In this document: in pieces, positions 13,225 to 23,502 of the stretch
Layout: every line of letters begins with the position of its first letter
Numbering within the stretch: position 1 is the first letter of the stretch
Origin: an uncultured Planctomycetaceae bacterium
Lineage (GTDB): Bacteria > Planctomycetota > Planctomycetia > Planctomycetales > Planctomycetaceae
NCBI GenBank assembly: GCA_963813715.1
Contig: CAWFAK010000016.1
Span: 224,001-288,000 of the forward strand
Direction: 5' to 3'
Length of the DNA stretch: 64,000 bases
Notes under the pieces: model-generated
What the model saw: only the letters and a program-made list of their open reading frames with translations
Database searches by the model: none
What the model was told of the DNA's origin: nothing
Translations under genes and position numbers: made by a program

Positions 13225-13431
13225 CTAGGGCTTGCCGCCCATCCGCGACCACATCCACGCGACCAATGCGGCGTGCAGCGCGAAGTGCAGCCAATAGAAG
13301 AACGGGGCTTCGTACCGGTCGATCCATTGGGGAATCGGGCAGGGGGAGCCTTCCGGGCAGTACGTTGCCACCACTCGTTCCGCGTACAGCTCATAGGCGA
13401 TGAAGAGCGTCAGCCCGACTGCGAGCAGCAA
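13225..13431 (-). CDS. Possible small membrane protein
   Basis: Two hydrophobic segments; start codon uncertain. Confidence 0.4.
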   Translation of the reverse strand: MLLAVGLTLFIAYELYAERVVATYCPEGSPCPIPQWIDRYEAPFFYWLHFALHAALVAWMWSRMGGKP

Positions 13432-13630
13432 TTCGAAGGTTTCGATGGAACCAATCTCGACATGGCATTTTGTTCAGGTAAAATAGTGGCCATTTACGAG
13501 GGAGATAAACGGGAGCTCTCCCAGACTGGATCAACGCCGAGGCGCAAGTCCGCCAAACGGCCCTGTACCGGCTGTCTGGGTTTGATCCCGTGGTTCGGAG
13601 GCCCGGCGAAAAAAGCCCACGCGGAACGAC

Positions 13631-13660
13631 TTGACACTAAGTTCAACTTACCATTACAGT
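13631..13660 (+). promoter_or_regulatory. Sigma70-like promoter of the HU/IHF gene
   Basis: TTGACA-18 nt-TACAGT in an AT-rich patch. Confidence 0.55.
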
Positions 13661-13729
13661 TGAGACACCTCAGCGGGACACAAGTTACCAATGCCGGTCC
13701 GGTCGCATCTCTCGGGGGAGAATCGAAAC

Positions 13730-14083
13730 GTGACCAAAAAAGAAATCGTAAAATCGATTTCCGAAGAGATTGGTCTGACGCAACTCAAAACCAAAGAAAT
13801 CGTTCAGAAGACGTTCGACGCCATTATCGAGACCCTCGTTGCCGACCATCGGATCGAGCTACGCAACTTCGGCGTGTTCGAGGTCAAGAAGCGAGCGGCC
13901 CGCAAAGCGCGCAATCCGCGAACCGGCGAACGCGTGGATGTCGCGGAGAAATGGGTGGTTACGTTCAAACCCGGCAAGGAAATGGAAGAACGAGTTCGCC
14001 AGCTCGAAGAGGCCGCCGCTCAAGAAGCCGCCCGCGCAGCCGCAAATTCCTCCCCAACGCCAGAACCCGCACATCAGGCTTAA
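13730..14083 (+). CDS. HU/IHF-family DNA-binding protein
   Basis: [38 protein letters not shown] before the GTG start. Confidence 0.95.
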   Translation: MTKKEIVKSISEEIGLTQLKTKEIVQKTFDAIIETLVADHRIELRNFGVFEVKKRAARKARNPRTGERVDVAEKWVVTFKPGKEMEERVRQLEEAAAQEAARAAANSSPTPEPAHQA

Positions 14084-14391
14084 CTTTTCTGCTTGAGCAA
14101 CCGATCTAATAGAAATATGTCGAGTCAACGACCGGGACGAAACTCTAGTCGGTTACCCCAGAACAGACGAGTCGAAGTCCTAAAGCGTTGAAGCGACGAC
14201 GGATCGAATCTCGGGAACCCGCACTCCCGTCCGACGACCCACCAGTTTCCCCGGTTCTCGGGGATAAGCCTCGACTGATCCTTTCGCCAAGTTTCTGTGG
14301 AGCCGAAAGCCCGGCCGTAAGCCGGGCGCGGACGAATTTCGCGCGCCGAGACGACTCGGCCGATGGAATTAATCCGTGGCGGAGGTGGAAG

Positions 14392-14613
14392 ATGCGGAAG
14401 TTCGTGATCACCGCTTCAATCCTGGCTGCAGCGGCGGCGACTCAGGTCGGCTGCTTCGTGCCCATCTACTCGTCCCAACCGGACGTGCGGGCACGGGAGC
14501 TGATCTACCAGTCGGAAAACCTCCGGCACATCCCTGACGTCTGGGAACGGATTTGGGGATTGGACATGCCGGACGTTGAAACTCCGTACCGCACCCACGG
14601 TGGCGTGATTTAG
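14392..14613 (+). CDS. Small conserved lipoprotein
   Basis: Signal peptide ending QVGC; QSENLRHIPDVWERIW and TPYRTHGGVI; GGAGG SD. Confidence 0.75.
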   Translation: MRKFVITASILAAAAATQVGCFVPIYSSQPDVRARELIYQSENLRHIPDVWERIWGLDMPDVETPYRTHGGVI

Positions 14614-14789
14614 TTCAGCTTCGGCTGATCGAACTGGTCCCATTGGGACGGCTTTGGCGCTGCGCCCGTCGTCCGCGCGTCGACTCTGCACTTCCGTCTC
14701 GATCCTTCACCACAAAAAGGTCTCTCTCCTCTAGCGGTTTGCCCTGCCCAGATCGGCTGATATGCTGACCCGCGGAGGATCCTCTTCGC

Positions 14790-15725
14790 GTGAGTCGCCT
14801 CGCCGTCAGGCTCAATCGTCTCGAACTCGCCAATCCCATTTTGGTTGCGTCCGGCACCTTCGGGTACGCACGCGAGATGCAGGCCTTCGTCCCCTTTGCC
14901 AAGCTGGGGGGCGTCATTCCGAAGACGGTCACGCCGTTGCCGCGGTTGGGGAATCCGCCGCCGCGGACAGTCGAGACGGCTGCCGGCCTACTGAACTCGA
15001 TCGGCCTCGATAACGACGGGCTCGACGCGTTCGTCGAAAAGCATCTCCCCTACTTGCTCGAATTGGGAACCGCGGTCCTCGTCAACATCGCCGGAGCGAC
15101 CATCGACGAGTTCGTGGCCATGGCCGCGCGGCTCGATGCGTTTCCGCGAATCGCCGGCCTGGAACTCAACATCTCCTGCCCGAACGTCAGCGGCGGGGTT
15201 GATTTCGGCACCGATTCGAAGATGGCCGCGGACCTGGTGAGGCGCGTGCGGGAAGCCTGCCGGTTCCCGATCGTTGCCAAGCTGACGCCGAACGTCACGC
15301 GGATCGTATCCATCGCACAGGCCGTCGCTAACGCGGGTGCGGACGCCGTTTCGCTCGTGAACACGTTTCAGGGGCTGGCCGTCGATTGGCGGCGGCGGCG
15401 ACCCATCCTGGGAGCCGGCATGGGCGGACTGAGCGGGCCGGCGATCAAGCCGCTGGCACTGCGTTGCGTTTGGCAAGTCGCCCAGGGCGTGCCGGGGCTG
15501 CCGATCATTGGCGTCGGCGGGATTTCTTCGCTCGATGACGTGATGGAGTATCTCGTTTGCGGGGCCTCGGCCATCCAAGTGGGAACTGCCAATTTCTATG
15601 ACCCCGGCGCTGCGCCACGATTGGTCGACGAACTCTCGAAGTTGGTCGAGGCGGAAGGCTGGCCCGATCTCAGTGCGGTGATCGGCACCCTGCGTCCGCC
15701 TGCCAACGTTCCGCCGGCGCATTAA
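14790..15725 (+). CDS. pyrD: Dihydroorotate dehydrogenase, family 1
   Basis: [36 protein letters not shown]. Confidence 0.95.
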   Translation: MSRLAVRLNRLELANPILVASGTFGYAREMQAFVPFAKLGGVIPKTVTPLPRLGNPPPRTVETAAGLLNSIGLDNDGLDAFVEKHLPYLLELGTAVLVNIAGATIDEFVAMAARLDAFPRIAGLELNISCPNVSGGVDFGTDSKMAADLVRRVREACRFPIVAKLTPNVTRIVSIAQAVANAGADAVSLVNTFQGLAVDWRRRRPILGAGMGGLSGPAIKPLALRCVWQVAQGVPGLPIIGVGGISSLDDVMEYLVCGASAIQVGTANFYDPGAAPRLVDELSKLVEAEGWPDLSAVIGTLRPPANVPPAH

Positions 15726-15941
15726 AAGACGTTCAAGAGCCGCGCGAGAGTCCTGGTAAGTCGGGGAAACCTTGCTTGCCGCGCGGGTCGCAATTCGCGG
15801 CCCCCGGGCGATCTGGAGCGCCAAAAGGGGGAAGTTTCAACCGTTTTACCCCCCGTGCCGATAATGCCAAATGCACGGGTCCGACCGTATATCTCGCGCC
15901 TCTCTCGGTGGACCCGCGGACTGGTTTGAACGGGGGATGAC

Positions 15942-16748
15942 GTGTCGGCGTTTCGCAAAAGCGTGAGTTCTTTGCGTGCGACCCGCTGTTCGGTTGCGCT
16001 CGCTGCTGCCTGTGTCGCGCTTTGGCTGCCGGGCTGCGCGTGGAGCGAGAAGATCAAGGTCGCGGGCGACGGGTCGCCCGAGTATCAGAATCTGCAGATC
16101 ACTTACGACCTGGCATCAACACCGGATTTGCAGCGTCTCGACCAGCCCGCGCCGATCGTGCAAACCTCGAATGTCGACTCGAAGACTGACTCGGCAACCG
16201 CTGCTCCGACAACGCGCCCCTGGACGAAGCGGCGCGTGCACCTCGAGCTGCAATATCCGTATCCGGGCGTGCATCCTGCCTTCGCGCGGGCCACGCTTCG
16301 CATTGTGTCGGACGTGAAGATCAGCAAACCTGTCCAGCCGCCGGCCGTCGTGGAGTGGAAGGACGCGTTCTCGGGAACGCCCGTCACCTACTCGCAACAC
16401 AGCCCGTCCGGCATGTCGGCGCCTCAGCCGATGACGAAGCCGGAACCGATCGCGCCGCCCGCCAACCTGCCGCCGGAAGAGCAAGAAGAACTGGCCGCCA
16501 CCGAAGAGGTGCTCTACATCGACCTGCCGAAAACGGAGATCGACGCCCTGCTCCGCGAGCTGGCCAAAGAAGACTTCTTCAAGGCCCCCAGCAATCCCGA
16601 CGGCCAATCGCACGTGTTGGTCGTGGTGAATAAGGGCCGCTGCGAAAAGGGCTGGTCACGCGACGAACAGCTCGATCGGCTTGTGGAACTGCTGCGACGA
16701 CACGGCGCGCCTCTGCCGGCGACGGCGCTCGAAGCGAAAAATTCCTAA
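15942..16748 (+). CDS. Hypothetical lipoprotein
   Basis: Lipobox LPGC; long ORF with coding-like composition. Confidence 0.7.
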   Translation: MSAFRKSVSSLRATRCSVALAAACVALWLPGCAWSEKIKVAGDGSPEYQNLQITYDLASTPDLQRLDQPAPIVQTSNVDSKTDSATAAPTTRPWTKRRVHLELQYPYPGVHPAFARATLRIVSDVKISKPVQPPAVVEWKDAFSGTPVTYSQHSPSGMSAPQPMTKPEPIAPPANLPPEEQEELAATEEVLYIDLPKTEIDALLRELAKEDFFKAPSNPDGQSHVLVVVNKGRCEKGWSRDEQLDRLVELLRRHGAPLPATALEAKNS

Positions 16749-16787
16749 CGCCGCAAGAGTCGTGATGCGGCTGGGCGAGTGCGACTG

Positions 16788-17801
16788 TCAGAGCGTGCGG
16801 CCCAGCGCCGTGGCTACCTTGCGGCACTCTTCCATCACCTTGCCAAAGGCCGCCGGCGTGATCGACTGATCGCCGTCACTGAGGGCCGCATGCGGATCCG
16901 GGTGGACTTCCAAGAGTAGCCCGTCGCATCCAACCGCCACGGCGGCCAGCGACATGGGCGAAATCAGCGAGGCGATGCCGGTCCCGTGGCTCGGATCGAC
17001 GACGACCGGCAGGTGCGTTCGCTCGTGCAGATAGGGAACGGTGGCCAGCGGCAGCGTGAAGCGGGTGTGAGTCTCGAAGGTGCGGATGCCCCGCTCGCAG
17101 AGGACAACCTGGTTGTTGCCCTGGTCAAGCACGTATTCGGCGGCGAGCAAGAACTCGTCGATCGTGGCGGCCGGTCCGCGCTTGAGGAGCACCGGCTTCT
17201 TGGTCTCTCCGACCGCTTGCAGCAGGTGATAGTTCTGCATGTTGCGGGCGCCGATCTGCAGCACGTCGGCATACTGGCAGACCAGGTCGACGTGCTGGGG
17301 CGTCATCACCTCGGTGACGACGGCCAGGCCCGTCGCTTTGCGAGCGGCTGCCAGCATCTTCAGCCCCTCTTCCTTGAGTCCCTGGAACGAATAAGGGCTC
17401 GTGCGGGGCTTGAAGGCTCCGCCACGCAGGCCCTTAGCGCCGTACTTCTTGACGGCGATCGCGGACTCCATGATCTGTTCTTCGCTCTCAACCGAGCAGG
17501 GGCCGGCGATGATGCCGATCGAGCCGCAGCCAATCGCCAAATCGAGGGCCCGGACTTGCGTGGGCTCGGGCTTGGCTTCCCGGCTAGCCACCTTGTAAGG
17601 GGCAAGGATCGGAACCACCTTCTCGACCTCCTCGTACGAGGAAAGCACTTCGACGGCTCCATCCCGTTTCGCACCGATTGCCGCAATCACGGTCCGCTCC
17701 GTTCCGACCAGGACGTGCGCTTTCAGGCCCATCGATTCGACGCGTTTGACCATCCGCTGGACCATGTCCTTCGTTGCCGTACTCTTCATCACCACGATCA
17801 T
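16788..17801 (-). CDS. aroF: DAHP synthase type I-beta with N-terminal regulatory domain
   Basis: MIVVMK start, [47 protein letters not shown]. Confidence 0.97.
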   Translation of the reverse strand: MIVVMKSTATKDMVQRMVKRVESMGLKAHVLVGTERTVIAAIGAKRDGAVEVLSSYEEVEKVVPILAPYKVASREAKPEPTQVRALDLAIGCGSIGIIAGPCSVESEEQIMESAIAVKKYGAKGLRGGAFKPRTSPYSFQGLKEEGLKMLAAARKATGLAVVTEVMTPQHVDLVCQYADVLQIGARNMQNYHLLQAVGETKKPVLLKRGPAATIDEFLLAAEYVLDQGNNQVVLCERGIRTFETHTRFTLPLATVPYLHERTHLPVVVDPSHGTGIASLISPMSLAAVAVGCDGLLLEVHPDPHAALSDGDQSITPAAFGKVMEECRKVATALGRTL

Positions 17802-17889
17802 GGGCGGGCTTTCCGATGCAAATTGAAGGCCGACGGGACGGCGTTCGCGAACTGCTGAGACGTCGATCTCTGTTTGGCGATGCCTCAGG

Positions 17890-17929
17890 AACAAGAAAGC
17901 CCTGAAACCGACTGGGATTTCAGGGCCTT
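17890..17929 (-). terminator. Intrinsic terminator of the aroF attenuator
   Basis: Minus strand GCCCTGAAA-TCCCAGTCGG-TTTCAGGGC followed by TTTCTTGTT, about 90 nt before the aroF start. Confidence 0.85.
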
Positions 17930-17954
17930 GGAGTGTTTTCTTTTATGGCTGGAA

Positions 17955-18023
17955 TTAGTTGCCAACGTACTCCGAGAGCCCCGCCTCGCAGGCGCTAAAC
18001 CAATAAAAGTGGAAGCGGGACAT
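17955..18023 (-). CDS. Aromatic-rich attenuator leader peptide MSRFHFYWFSACEAGLSEYVGN (22 aa)
   Basis: TTC CAC TTT TAT TGG TTT at codons 4-9; lies between a promoter and a terminator upstream of aroF. Confidence 0.85.
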   Translation of the reverse strand: MSRFHFYWFSACEAGLSEYVGN

Positions 18024-18056
18024 TTTCGTTCCAGTGGCTGGCTGATTATTTACCCG

Positions 18057-18085
18057 ATGATAAACACCGCGCTTTGGGCGGTCAA
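18057..18085 (-). promoter_or_regulatory. Sigma70-like promoter of the leader-aroF transcript
   Basis: Minus strand TTGACC-17 nt-TATCAT. Confidence 0.75.
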
Positions 18086-18267
18086 TCTTCCGCTTTCGTT
18101 CAAGTCCCCGCATTTGACGGACCCGGTCCGATTGGAGCGCGTCGCGCGGCTGTAGCGATTTTCCGGTCAATAAGTGGTCGACAATCGACCCGGTTCACCG
18201 CGAAGCAGGTGCCGAAGCTGCGCACGAGCCCTCATTCCCTGCTCACGGTTGTCGTTGCGCTAGCCGC

Positions 18268-18876
18268 TTAACGGCCGAGGAACGACACAACCTGGCCGAC
18301 GTCCACCGGCAAGCTGATGTCGGTCGCGCCGGGGAGTGACGTCACAATCGCCTTGAGGCTGGCCGGCTCGAAGGAAATCCAGTCGCAGCGGGACGCGGTG
18401 CCCGATTCGACCGCCGCTTGGTAAACGGCCTGCAAGTTCGGCCGGTTGCGAACGGTGATCACGTCGCCGGCATTCACGACGATCGACGGCGTGGCGACGG
18501 TGCGGCCGTTCACCTGAAAATGGCTGTGCACGATCCCCTGCCGAGCCTGGGGACGCGTGTGCACGAAGCCGGCGCGGCGGATCACATTGTCGAGCCGCCG
18601 TTCGCACAAGAGCATCAGCGTTTGCCCGGTGTTGCCCTTGGTCTTGCGGGCTAGCTCGAAGTAACGGCGGAGCTGGGCTTCACGGATGCCGTAATAGTGT
18701 TTGATCTTCTGCTTTTCGGCGAAAGCGGCCCCGTAGGTCGAAAACTTCTTGCGCCGGCCGTACATGCCGGGCGGAGTTTCGCGACGCTCATAGGCGCGGA
18801 CGGCCCCTGTGCTTTCGTAGACCATTGCAGCCAAGCGGCGGTTCACCCGCCCCTTCGGCCCCGTATGCCGACCCAT
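18268..18876 (-). CDS. rpsD: 30S ribosomal protein S4
   Basis: EKQKIK..YG, ERRLDNVIRRAGF, ARQ...H S4 domain. Confidence 0.95.
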   Translation of the reverse strand: MGRHTGPKGRVNRRLAAMVYESTGAVRAYERRETPPGMYGRRKKFSTYGAAFAEKQKIKHYYGIREAQLRRYFELARKTKGNTGQTLMLLCERRLDNVIRRAGFVHTRPQARQGIVHSHFQVNGRTVATPSIVVNAGDVITVRNRPNLQAVYQAAVESGTASRCDWISFEPASLKAIVTSLPGATDISLPVDVGQVVSFLGR

Positions 18877-19003
18877 GCCGACCTTCCTTCCCCGAATTCA
18901 CCCGTCTCGAAAAGTTGCGAAACGCCAAATTTAGAGAGCCCCGGCCGCAGTTGCAAGGGCAGGACCGGGGTCAAAACGGCCGGCGGGAACTACAATCCTC
19001 GCC

Positions 19004-19792
19004 ATGAACCTCATCGACACCCACGTCCACCTGGACGAAGAGGCGTTCCGCCCCGATCGTGACGAAGTCGTCGCCCGGGCCGCCGCGGCCGGCGTCGTCT
19101 CGATGATCACCATCGGAATCACTGCCGCCACCAGCCGTGCGGCCGTCGAACTAGCCCAGTCGTCCCCCTCGGTCTACGCCGCGGTTGCCATTCAGCCAAA
19201 CTACGTCTCGCAAGCCGCCCCCGGTGACTGGGAACTGATTCAGGAACTGGCGACACAGCCCAAGGTCGTGGCCGTGGGCGAAACGGGCCTCGATCGCTAT
19301 TGGGACTACGCCCCATTCGACCTGCAAGTCGAGTTCTTTGACAAGCATCTCGAGCTGGCGAAACGGCTCGATCTGCCGTTCATCGTCCACTGCCGGGAGG
19401 CCGAGAGCGACGTCGTCGCCCAATTGCGGCGGGCGGCCGGAGGGGGCCAATTGCGGGGCGTGATGCATTCGTTTGCGGGGGACGCCGAAACCGCCCGTGC
19501 GTGCCTCGAGCTGGGGATGTACATCTCGTTCGCCGGCATGGTGACCTTCAAAAAGAACGATGCCCTGCGAGGCGTCGCCGCCGAAGTGCCACTCGACCGG
19601 CTGCTGGTCGAGACCGACGCTCCCTATCTGGCGCCTACTCCCTTTCGCGGTAAGCGAAACGAGCCCGCGTACGTCCGGAACACGGCCGAGACCCTGGCCT
19701 CCGTCCGCAACCTGAGTCTCGACGAGATCGCCCGGGTCACGACCGAGAACGCCCGACGGCTGTTCGGTCTGCCAGAGCCACGAACGCAGTAA
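19004..19792 (+). CDS. tatD: TatD-family deoxyribonuclease
   Basis: DTHVHL, GETGLD, HCRE, HSF, ETDAPYL, NEP motifs. Confidence 0.95.
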   Translation: MNLIDTHVHLDEEAFRPDRDEVVARAAAAGVVSMITIGITAATSRAAVELAQSSPSVYAAVAIQPNYVSQAAPGDWELIQELATQPKVVAVGETGLDRYWDYAPFDLQVEFFDKHLELAKRLDLPFIVHCREAESDVVAQLRRAAGGGQLRGVMHSFAGDAETARACLELGMYISFAGMVTFKKNDALRGVAAEVPLDRLLVETDAPYLAPTPFRGKRNEPAYVRNTAETLASVRNLSLDEIARVTTENARRLFGLPEPRTQ

Positions 19793-19938
19793 ACAGTAAA
19801 GCGGTGTCTTTTGTCTTCCGGGATTCGATCTGCCGTCGCCGATCCCAAGTCACTTGGACTCGCCGCAGGCACGGGCGTTGCCTAGAATTCGTCGCTTGAT
19901 AGCCCTGGTTTCCGAGTCAACTGTCGAGGGACTGTGCA

Positions 19939-21174
19939 ATGCGGGTTTTAGCGCGACAGCCGATGCGATTTGCGATCGCTGGGATCGTCCTATTGTCGCT
20001 CGTCGGATTCGTGATCGTTCGCGCGGCCCTCGCGCAGGACACGCCTGCTTCGGAAGATGCCAAAGGCGACAGCGCGAAGGCGCAAGCGAAAGCCGTGGCA
20101 ATGTCGCCCACGACCTACGTCGTGCCGCCCAATGCCACGGTGCCCGAGCTGCTGAAATTTATCTCCAGGATCGACGGCATGCGGCCGGAGCTCGATTCGG
20201 AGACTGACGTCGTCAAGTTCCTCACGATGTCCCGCACGGCGATTCTGAAAGCCTCCGAGAAAGTTCTGGCATCCCGGCCGAACGACGAGCAAGAAGTCAA
20301 CGCGCTCAAAGCCAAGCTGCATGCGTACCAGGTTCTGATCATGGTGGGCACGCCTGACGCGGCCGCCAAGGGACTCAAGTTCGCCGAGGAACTCAAGCAG
20401 GACAAACGGCCCGAGCTGGCGGAGATTGCCGAGGGGGCTTGGTTCGATTTCAAGATGTCGACGGTGCCGGCGCTCGATGCCAAGGAACGCCGGGCGCTGG
20501 TCGACGCCGTCACGGCCGCGCTCCGCAAAAAGCCGCAGTCTTACGCCGAGCTCGCGGAAAATTTCGGCCGGATGCTCGAGGGCCTGGGTGACGGCGAGAA
20601 TGCCGCGGCTGCCTACGGCAGCTTTGGTGAAGTGCTCAGCCAGAACCTGGACAAGAAAATTCGCGACTATGGCGAGATTCTCAAGAACGGAGCCGTCCGG
20701 CGCGCCCGCCTGCTAACCGGCGAACCGGTCAAGGTCGCGGGCAAGACGATCAACGGCAAGCCGTTTGATATCGCCCAGTACAAAGGGAAAGTCATCATCG
20801 TCGATTTCTGGGCGACTTGGTGCGGCCCGTGTCTGGCGGAACTTCCCAACCTCAAAAAGATCTACGAGAAGTATCACGATCGCGGACTGGAAATCGTCGG
20901 CGTCGACCTCGACAACGACGGCGACGCACTGGCCAAGTTCCTGAAGGACAACGACCTTCCCTGGACGATCCTGCACAATTCGGAGCCGAAGAAAACCGAG
21001 GACGAGAAACCGGGTTTCACCGATCCGAACGCGGAGCAATACGGGATCACCGGCATTCCCACGATCATCTTGATCGACCGGAAAGGCAAAGTGATTTCGC
21101 TCGACGCGCGGGGTGAGCAACTGGCCACGCTCGTCGACGGTTTAGTCGGCGGCGACGGCACTCTTCGGAAGTAG
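19939..21174 (+). CDS. Secreted TlpA-family thiol-disulfide oxidoreductase
   Basis: Signal peptide; helical N-terminal region; DFWATWCGPC; YGITGIPT. Confidence 0.9.
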   Translation: MRVLARQPMRFAIAGIVLLSLVGFVIVRAALAQDTPASEDAKGDSAKAQAKAVAMSPTTYVVPPNATVPELLKFISRIDGMRPELDSETDVVKFLTMSRTAILKASEKVLASRPNDEQEVNALKAKLHAYQVLIMVGTPDAAAKGLKFAEELKQDKRPELAEIAEGAWFDFKMSTVPALDAKERRALVDAVTAALRKKPQSYAELAENFGRMLEGLGDGENAAAAYGSFGEVLSQNLDKKIRDYGEILKNGAVRRARLLTGEPVKVAGKTINGKPFDIAQYKGKVIIVDFWATWCGPCLAELPNLKKIYEKYHDRGLEIVGVDLDNDGDALAKFLKDNDLPWTILHNSEPKKTEDEKPGFTDPNAEQYGITGIPTIILIDRKGKVISLDARGEQLATLVDGLVGGDGTLRK

Positions 21175-21206
21175 CCACACGCATTGGTCCGACGGAGCAG
21201 GTCTGA

Positions 21207-21284
21207 GGGTGGCACTGGCGGCTTGTCCGCCAGTGTGCCTTTGGGAAGCGGAGACCACTGGCGGACGAGCCGCCAGTGCCACCC
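21207..21284. repeat. REP-like inverted doublet, family A, copy 1
   Basis: GGGTGGCACTGGCGGCTTGTCCGCCAGTG ... CACTGGCGGACGAGCCGCCAGTGCCACCC between convergent genes. Confidence 0.9.
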
Positions 21285-21307
21285 CAATCGCTCGCGTCGG
21301 GCTTATT

Positions 21308-22339
21308 TCAGCCGGTCGAGCGAAGCGCCAGGCAGATCAGTCCGGCCAGAACGGCTGTTGTCGGGATCGTGAGCACCCAGGCCCAGACCACGGTCGCCAC
21401 CACGCCCCAGCGGACGGCGGTGAGCCGCTTGATCGAGCCGACGCCGATGATCGCGCCCGTAATCGTGTGCGTGGTGCTCACCGGAATGCCGCCGAAGATC
21501 ACCGCGATTAGCGTCAAGGCCGCCCCGGTTTCGGCGCAGAAGCCGTCCATCGGTCGCAGGTGAATGATCTTCTGCCCCATCGTCTTGACGATCCGCCAGC
21601 CGCCGAGCATCGTCCCCAAGCCCATCGCCAGGTAGCACGACAGCACGACTTCGGTCGGCACATCGGTCGGAGTCTTGAACGCTTTGCCCCCCTGACTTGC
21701 GGCGATCAGCAGCACGAAGATGATGCCCATCGTCTTCTGCGCGTCGTTGCCGCCGTGCCCCAGGCTATAAAACGCGGCCGACACCAACTGGCCGCGGCGA
21801 AAGGTTTTTTCCACGCGGCTCGGGCTGGCCCGATGAAACAGCCACATCACGGTGAAGGCGATCAGCCCACCCAACAGTCCGCCGATGACCGGCGAGAGGA
21901 CGACGAAGGCGGCCACTTTGCCGATCCCGTCCCACTCGAGCGCGTGCCAGCCCCCTTTGGCGAATCCGGCTCCGATCAGACTGAACGTGAGCGCGTGCGA
22001 CGAACTGGTCGGCAACCCCAGGTACCAGGTGAAGAGATTCCACATGATGGCCGACATCAGGGTGGCCGCAATGACGCTATTGTCGACCAGGCTGGGATCG
22101 ATCAGCCCGGTCCCCACCGTCCGGGCGACGCGCAGATGAAAGATGGCGAAGGCCATAAAGTTGAAAAAGGCGGCCCAAACGACCGCCACTCCCGGGCTGA
22201 GCACGCGGGTCGAGACGACGGTCGCAATGGAGTTGGCCGCGTCATGGATGCCGTTTGTGAAGTCGAATACCAGGGCCAGCCCGGCCAAAAGCAAGACGAC
22301 CCACGGCAGCGACAAATAGGGAACGGTCCCAAACTGCAT
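21308..22339 (-). CDS. Inorganic phosphate transporter (PiT family)
   Basis: NGIHDAANSIAT, PTSSSH, HGGNDAQK, PVSTTH. Confidence 0.95.
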   Translation of the reverse strand: MQFGTVPYLSLPWVVLLLAGLALVFDFTNGIHDAANSIATVVSTRVLSPGVAVVWAAFFNFMAFAIFHLRVARTVGTGLIDPSLVDNSVIAATLMSAIMWNLFTWYLGLPTSSSHALTFSLIGAGFAKGGWHALEWDGIGKVAAFVVLSPVIGGLLGGLIAFTVMWLFHRASPSRVEKTFRRGQLVSAAFYSLGHGGNDAQKTMGIIFVLLIAASQGGKAFKTPTDVPTEVVLSCYLAMGLGTMLGGWRIVKTMGQKIIHLRPMDGFCAETGAALTLIAVIFGGIPVSTTHTITGAIIGVGSIKRLTAVRWGVVATVVWAWVLTIPTTAVLAGLICLALRSTG

Positions 22340-22611
22340 TGTCGCCCAAAAATGCGGCACCGCTCGAGGCTCCTTGGAGGCTGGGGACCGGCCCTTTGAC
22401 GATCGGAATCGGGCGCGGTTCCCAAATTCGTGGCTGGGTGATGGTAGCCGGGGCGGCGCGTCTTTGTCACGCTGGAGCAATTGGGGAAATCGCCCCCGCG
22501 ACACAGCCCGACTCGTTTCGACGAGCCGTCGATTTGTGACGCCCTCGGCCGGAAAGTACGATTCGCCGTTCGATCATCGGCCCGCTGCGGCGCGCCTGCG
22601 GAGAGCTTTGG

Positions 22612-23490
22612 GTGCCTGGTACGCACGGACCGCTGTGGATCGCCGCGATCTATTCGGCCGCGGTGGTGCTGGCGTCACTGGCCGGCGGCTGGTTGCCGCT
22701 GATCATGCGGCTCACGCACACGCGCATGCAAGTGTCGATGAGTTTGTGCGGCGGGCTGATGTTGGGGATCGGCCTGCTGCACATGCTGCCGCACGCGTTT
22801 GCGGCCCTTGGCTCGCTCGATCAGACCGTGCTTTGGATGCTGGCCGGCCTGTTGTCGATGTTCTTCCTGATCCGGGCCTTCCATTTTCACCAGCACGAGG
22901 CGGCGGTGCCGCCCCACGTCCACTCGGCCACTTGTGAGCCTCATTCGCACCATCCGCCCGGACAACTGAGCTGGGTGGGTGTGCTGCTGGGCCTGGGGAT
23001 TCACACGCTGCTCGACGGCGTGGCCCTGGCCGCGGCCGTTGCGGCCGATGCGCAAGAGGGCCATGCCGGGCTGTGGGGCTTGGGCGTCTTTTTGGCGATC
23101 CTCCTGCACAAACCGCTCGACACGGTGCCGATCTCGATTTTGATGCGAGCCCAACACGCGCCCCGCCGGTTGCAGCATGCGGTAAACGTGGGGTTTGCCG
23201 CGCTTTGCCCGTTGGGGGTCGCGCTGTTCTTTCTTGGCTTCAGTCGATTTTCGGAATTTCAGATGTCGTTGGTCGGCTGTGCGCTGGCGTTCTCCGCGGG
23301 CGTGTTCGTCTGCATCTCGCTGGCCGACTTGCTGCCGGAGGTGGAGTTTCACACGCACGACCGCGTCAAGCTCTCGCTCGCCCTTTTGATTGGCGTGGGC
23401 GCGGCATATGCCATCGGCTACTTGGAGCCGGAGGGGCGCACGAAGCGCACGCGCCACGCGGCCGCCGGCGAAGCGCCGCCGTCACACTAG
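22612..23490 (+). CDS. ZIP-family metal transporter
   Basis: LHMLPH, His-rich loop, HTLLDG, LHKPLD motifs; multiple TM helices. Confidence 0.9.
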   Translation: MPGTHGPLWIAAIYSAAVVLASLAGGWLPLIMRLTHTRMQVSMSLCGGLMLGIGLLHMLPHAFAALGSLDQTVLWMLAGLLSMFFLIRAFHFHQHEAAVPPHVHSATCEPHSHHPPGQLSWVGVLLGLGIHTLLDGVALAAAVAADAQEGHAGLWGLGVFLAILLHKPLDTVPISILMRAQHAPRRLQHAVNVGFAALCPLGVALFFLGFSRFSEFQMSLVGCALAFSAGVFVCISLADLLPEVEFHTHDRVKLSLALLIGVGAAYAIGYLEPEGRTKRTRHAAAGEAPPSH

Positions 23491-23502
23491 CGGCCGCTCC
23501 CG

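Noticed and set aside
14116..14150. Hammerhead-like GAGTC...GACGAAAC
   Set aside because: The core CUGANGA reads AUGUCGA, so conserved catalytic positions are broken
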